From assembly GCA_965221165.1 (NCBI GenBank), contig CBDCRP010000003.1:1312001-1376000 (forward strand): a stretch of 64,000 nucleotides of DNA, read 5' to 3'. The stretch comes from a bacterium. Its GTDB lineage: Bacteria > UBA8248. The position numbers were made by a program, and so were the translations under genes. Numbering within the stretch: position 1 is the first letter of the stretch; every line of letters begins with the position of its first letter. Positions 60,756 through 64,000 of this stretch are shown piece after piece. Under the pieces are notes generated by a model. The model searched no databases. It saw only the letters and a list, made by a program, of their open reading frames with translations, and was not told the DNA's origin.

Positions 60756-61778
60756 CTAGCGCCCCTCCCCCGCCGGAGCGGCGTTTTGCGCCTCGGGCGC
60801 GCTCGCCTCGGAGCGTGGCGATTCAGAAGGCGCGCCTTCGGTTTCCGAAGATTCAGAGGGGGCGGCTTCTGATTCCTGCGGCCCGGATGGAACAGCGCCT
60901 GTTTCCGATGCGCCGGGCGGCCCTGGCGATTCGCGGGACTCCAACGATTCGGCAGGTGCGGCGCCGGACAGCGGCGCGGGCGGTTTGGGCGGCAGGTCTT
61001 CCGTGAGACCCGCGAACCGGAGCACCGCCTTGGCGAGCGCCGTGAGGTAGGGGTCCTCTTCGCCCGTCTCGCTGAGCCGCGCCTCGTCTTCGGGCGTGCT
61101 GATGACGCCGAGGCTCACGTAGGCCGCGGGCATGCGCGCGCCTTCCAGATCACGCACGGCCAGAATATGGAGGGGCGGGTTTTCGCCGGGGCGAATGGCG
61201 GCGAAGCGCCTCTGCAGACTCAAGGCGAAACGGCGGTTCGAGGCCAGATGGATGTTCTGGCTCCGCTGCCAGCGAAAGGCCACGGCCTGGATCGCTTCTT
61301 CCGCCACGCGCGGCGGACGTCTGGGCGCAGCCACCAAGATGGTCGGCCCGCGCGCGCCGGGCCGCCAGGAGGCGTCCGCATGAAGGGTGAGGAACAAGGA
61401 GGCGGCGTTGTAATTCGCCACCGAGGCGCGCTGCACGGCGGTCATCTCCGTGTCGGCCTCGCGCGTGAGGATGGCCTTCACCTCGGGGCGTCTGGACAGG
61501 AGCGCGGCCACCATCTGCGACGCGCGAAGCGCGAAATCCTTTTCCAGCAACTGCGCGCCGCGACTCCCCGAATCCCCGCCGCCGTGGCCCGGGTCGATCA
61601 CCACGACGAAAGGAGCGGAAGCGGTGGGACCGCCCGGCTTGAGCGTTCCGCCCCGGGCGGCGGCTTGCGGCCGGCGCAGCGATGCTCCTTCCCGCGCGGG
61701 CCCCGCCAAGGCGTCGCCGCACAGGTGGATGAGCAGCCCGAAGGCCGCCGCCAGAATGATGCGTGAATACCGTCGCAA
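60756..61778 (-). CDS. N-acetylmuramoyl-L-alanine amidase (Amidase_3)
   Basis: Signal peptide, VIDPGHGG, EK, LTR, LHAD; GGAGGAG before TTG 61778. Confidence 0.82.
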   Translation of the reverse strand: MRRYSRIILAAAFGLLIHLCGDALAGPAREGASLRRPQAAARGGTLKPGGPTASAPFVVVIDPGHGGGDSGSRGAQLLEKDFALRASQMVAALLSRRPEVKAILTREADTEMTAVQRASVANYNAASLFLTLHADASWRPGARGPTILVAAPRRPPRVAEEAIQAVAFRWQRSQNIHLASNRRFALSLQRRFAAIRPGENPPLHILAVRDLEGARMPAAYVSLGVISTPEDEARLSETGEEDPYLTALAKAVLRFAGLTEDLPPKPPAPLSGAAPAESLESRESPGPPGASETGAVPSGPQESEAAPSESSETEGAPSESPRSEASAPEAQNAAPAGEGR

Positions 61779-61929
61779 GGCGTCTCCTCCCGTTCTCTGG
61801 CCCCAAACTACCATTTCATGGAACCGGAAACCAACCGGAGGCGAGGATGGGGAGGCGGCGGGGCGACATGCGCAAGGGGAAGTCGGCCCGTAACGCCATA
61901 TTGCCGGATGGGGGAACATGAGTTCGTCT

Positions 61930-62483
61930 CGTAGGGACAGGCCCCCGTGACTGTCCTGACAAACTCTGAAGGGTCATCCCCGACCGGAGGAGAGGGTTTG
62001 TGTTTTTTCGTAGGGGCCGTTCGCGAACCGCCCCTACGGGGAGAGCGACACAGAGCCGTCGTTCCGTGATGATTTTATAGGAAATCCAGAGCCTCTTTTG
62101 GAAAGGCAACCGTACTCCCCGCCGCTTCCCGCATACAAGCATTGCGAGATGACGATCGAAACGAAGAGCAGGGACGCATGTATGCGTCCCCTACGCCAAG
62201 AACGTGAACGACGATGATTCCGCAGGGGCCGCATATATGCGACCCGTCGTTTTGCGGACAGACTAGGGGGCCTGCCCCTACGGGTTCGTTGCGATACATG
62301 AGAAGTTCGTAGGGGCCGCATACATGCGGCCCTGTTTTTCACATGTCCACCCCATGCGTCGCGCCTCGGCAAAACGCGCGGGCCGCCACTACGAAGAACG
62401 CCGTTTCATGCGCCGGAATGACGGGCAAAGCGGCAAACCCTCCCTCTTCAATCGCAATCCCTCCCTTCTCGGTCGCGATTGAC
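61930..62483. repeat. Large REP cluster
   Basis: GTAG palindromes at 61930-61957, 62009-62038, 62170-62195 (exact reverse complement of 48335-48360), 62221-62245, 62258-62282 and 62308-62333; 30-bp motif at 61973-62000 and 62454-62483. Confidence 0.88.
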
Positions 62484-62592
62484 TCTCATTCATCAATCGG
62501 GTTTGATCCTTGCGCCTTGCGCGAATTTCCCCGAACATGGGCGTGGTTTAATATCTTGGGCTTGTGGTGAGGCTACATGGAGGGCTTGAGAT

Positions 62593-62865
62593 TTGTGGAG
62601 CGATAAAACGCCCGAGGGCGTCAAGGGATCATCCGACTTGAAGCGAATCGCCACGGTGGGCGGGCAGATGGAGGCACTGATCCTGAAAAGCAGGCTCGAG
62701 GCGGAACGCATACCCGTGCACCTGAACTATGATTCGGCGGGTTCGGTCTATGGGTTCAGCCAGACGAATCTGGGTTCGGTGCACCTCATGGTGCCCGAAG
62801 CCTTCGAAGAAGCGGCTCTCCACCTCTACCACAAGATTCGGACCACCGAAGACGCGCCCGAATAA
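62593..62865 (+). CDS. DUF2007-like small protein
   Basis: EALILKSRLEAERIP...VHLMVPE pattern. Confidence 0.7.
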   Translation: MWSDKTPEGVKGSSDLKRIATVGGQMEALILKSRLEAERIPVHLNYDSAGSVYGFSQTNLGSVHLMVPEAFEEAALHLYHKIRTTEDAPE

Positions 62866-62900
62866 ATTCATCCATGCTTAGAAACACATAAAGGGACGCC

Positions 62901-63470
62901 ATGACGAAAACAGGAGCGGACCTGGAAGCGCTGCGAGGGCTTCTGCTGGAAAAAGCGTATGAGAAAAAAACGGTGACGCTCGCCTCGGGCAAGGTGAGCG
63001 ATTTTTACGTCGACTGCCGCCAGGTGACCCTCCACGGCGAGGGAGCGCGGCTCGTGGGCCGTGTGATATTCGAGCGCATCAAAGAGGGCGGCGTCCAGGC
63101 CGTGGGCGGACCCACCCTGGGCGCGGACCCGATGGTGACGGCCGTCTCGATGACGGCGGCCCTCGAAGGCCGCGACGTTCCCGCCTTCATCATCAGGAAG
63201 GCCGAGAAGGGCCACGGGATGCAAAACCGCATCGAGGGGGCGGGAAACCTGAAGCCGGGGATGAAGGTCGCCATCATCGAGGACGTGGTGACCACCGCGT
63301 CTTCCACCTTCACGGCCATCGACGCGGCCATCGGCGCAGGCCTCGAAATCGCCCACGTCGTCTGCCTCGTGGACAGAGAAGAAGGCGGACGCGAGAACCT
63401 CGCCGCGCGCGGCTTCGCGCTGGATGCGGTGTTCACGAAAACGAGTTTGTTGGCCAATCCCGACCGATGA
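62901..63470 (+). CDS. pyrE: Orotate phosphoribosyltransferase
   Basis: TLASGKVSDFYVD, GADP, IIRK, IEDVVTT, VDREEGG. Confidence 0.95.
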   Translation: MTKTGADLEALRGLLLEKAYEKKTVTLASGKVSDFYVDCRQVTLHGEGARLVGRVIFERIKEGGVQAVGGPTLGADPMVTAVSMTAALEGRDVPAFIIRKAEKGHGMQNRIEGAGNLKPGMKVAIIEDVVTTASSTFTAIDAAIGAGLEIAHVVCLVDREEGGRENLAARGFALDAVFTKTSLLANPDR

Positions 63471-63780
63471 GGGTCAGTCCCGACCGAAATGGAAGGGACT
63501 GCGCTTCCCCGAGAAGGGGGAGTTCGTGCCGACCGAGAACGGAGGGGCCGGGCCCTTTCCGGTCGAGAATCGACCTCAAGAGGAGAGTGATATTAACCAC
63601 CTCGCCTTGGCCGTCATTCCGCAATGCGGAAACGCGGAATCCAGGGAATTTCGCATTTGTCTTATCTTATAACGTCGCCGCCTTCATGGGCGCCGGCCAA
63701 CCTTGCGGTCGCCACCGGCATGCGCCGGAATGAGGGGTGCGGGGCCAAGATGAGGTGAGGAACATCAAGGCTGGGGAAGT

Positions 63781-63850
63781 CCCGAAAATATCGAAAAATA
63801 GGTGAAAATATCTGAAAATAAATGAAAATTTAACTTGTTGATATATATAT
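63781..63850. promoter_or_regulatory. Phased A-tracts plus IHF consensus site
   Basis: Five 10-bp units ending in AAAAT(A/T) at 63781-63830; TATCAACAAGTTA on the minus strand at 63831-63843 matches WATCAANNNNTTR. Confidence 0.6.
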
Positions 63851-64000
63851 GGTTATACGAGAATTTCCCCTCTGGAGGCATATAGGGGGGGTGCCCGGCG
63901 CTTCAGGCCCCCTTCTCCCAATAGAGCCACAGGCCGTGCTTCGCCGCGATGCGGGCGGAGGCAAGTCCTGAGTTTTCAGCGATTCCGCGCACATCGGCGC

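Noticed and set aside
61930-62483. Possible CRISPR array
   Set aside because: Repeats vary in sequence, orientation and spacing and no cas genes are present; they fit REP clusters.

Overview
GC-rich bacterial chromosome segment, mostly housekeeping genes: metG-yaaT-holB-tmk, a sigma-54 two-component pair, hrcA-dnaJ-prmA-rsmE, purD, glgA-glgC, dtd-nadK-recN, acs, TPP-riboswitch-thiS-thiG-thiE, bioA and pyrE. Three accessory features stand out. (1) A lower-GC three-gene defence cassette (fused endonuclease-N6-methyltransferase, two-TRD specificity subunit, HEPN-motif protein) lies between two nearly identical 97-bp copies of the hrcA heat-shock promoter plus CIRCE operator, so it is predicted to be under HrcA control. 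Its first two ORFs are joined by a complete-looking -1 frameshift signal (internal SD, T_TTT_TTT, 6-nt spacer, 14-bp stem). (2) An 11-gene type II FAS/PKS-like lipid cluster has two intact and two degenerate ketosynthases, an oversized ACP and a terminal LpxL-type acyltransferase. (3) An orphan PD-(D/E)xK nuclease with a SeqA-like C-terminus is flanked by copies of a dispersed 30-bp repeat. Intergenic regions carry GTAG-type REP clusters. No tRNA, rRNA, CRISPR array, integrase or transposase was seen. All calls come from reading motifs by eye; no database searches were run, and many start codons were moved from the ORF track using SD or overlap evidence.
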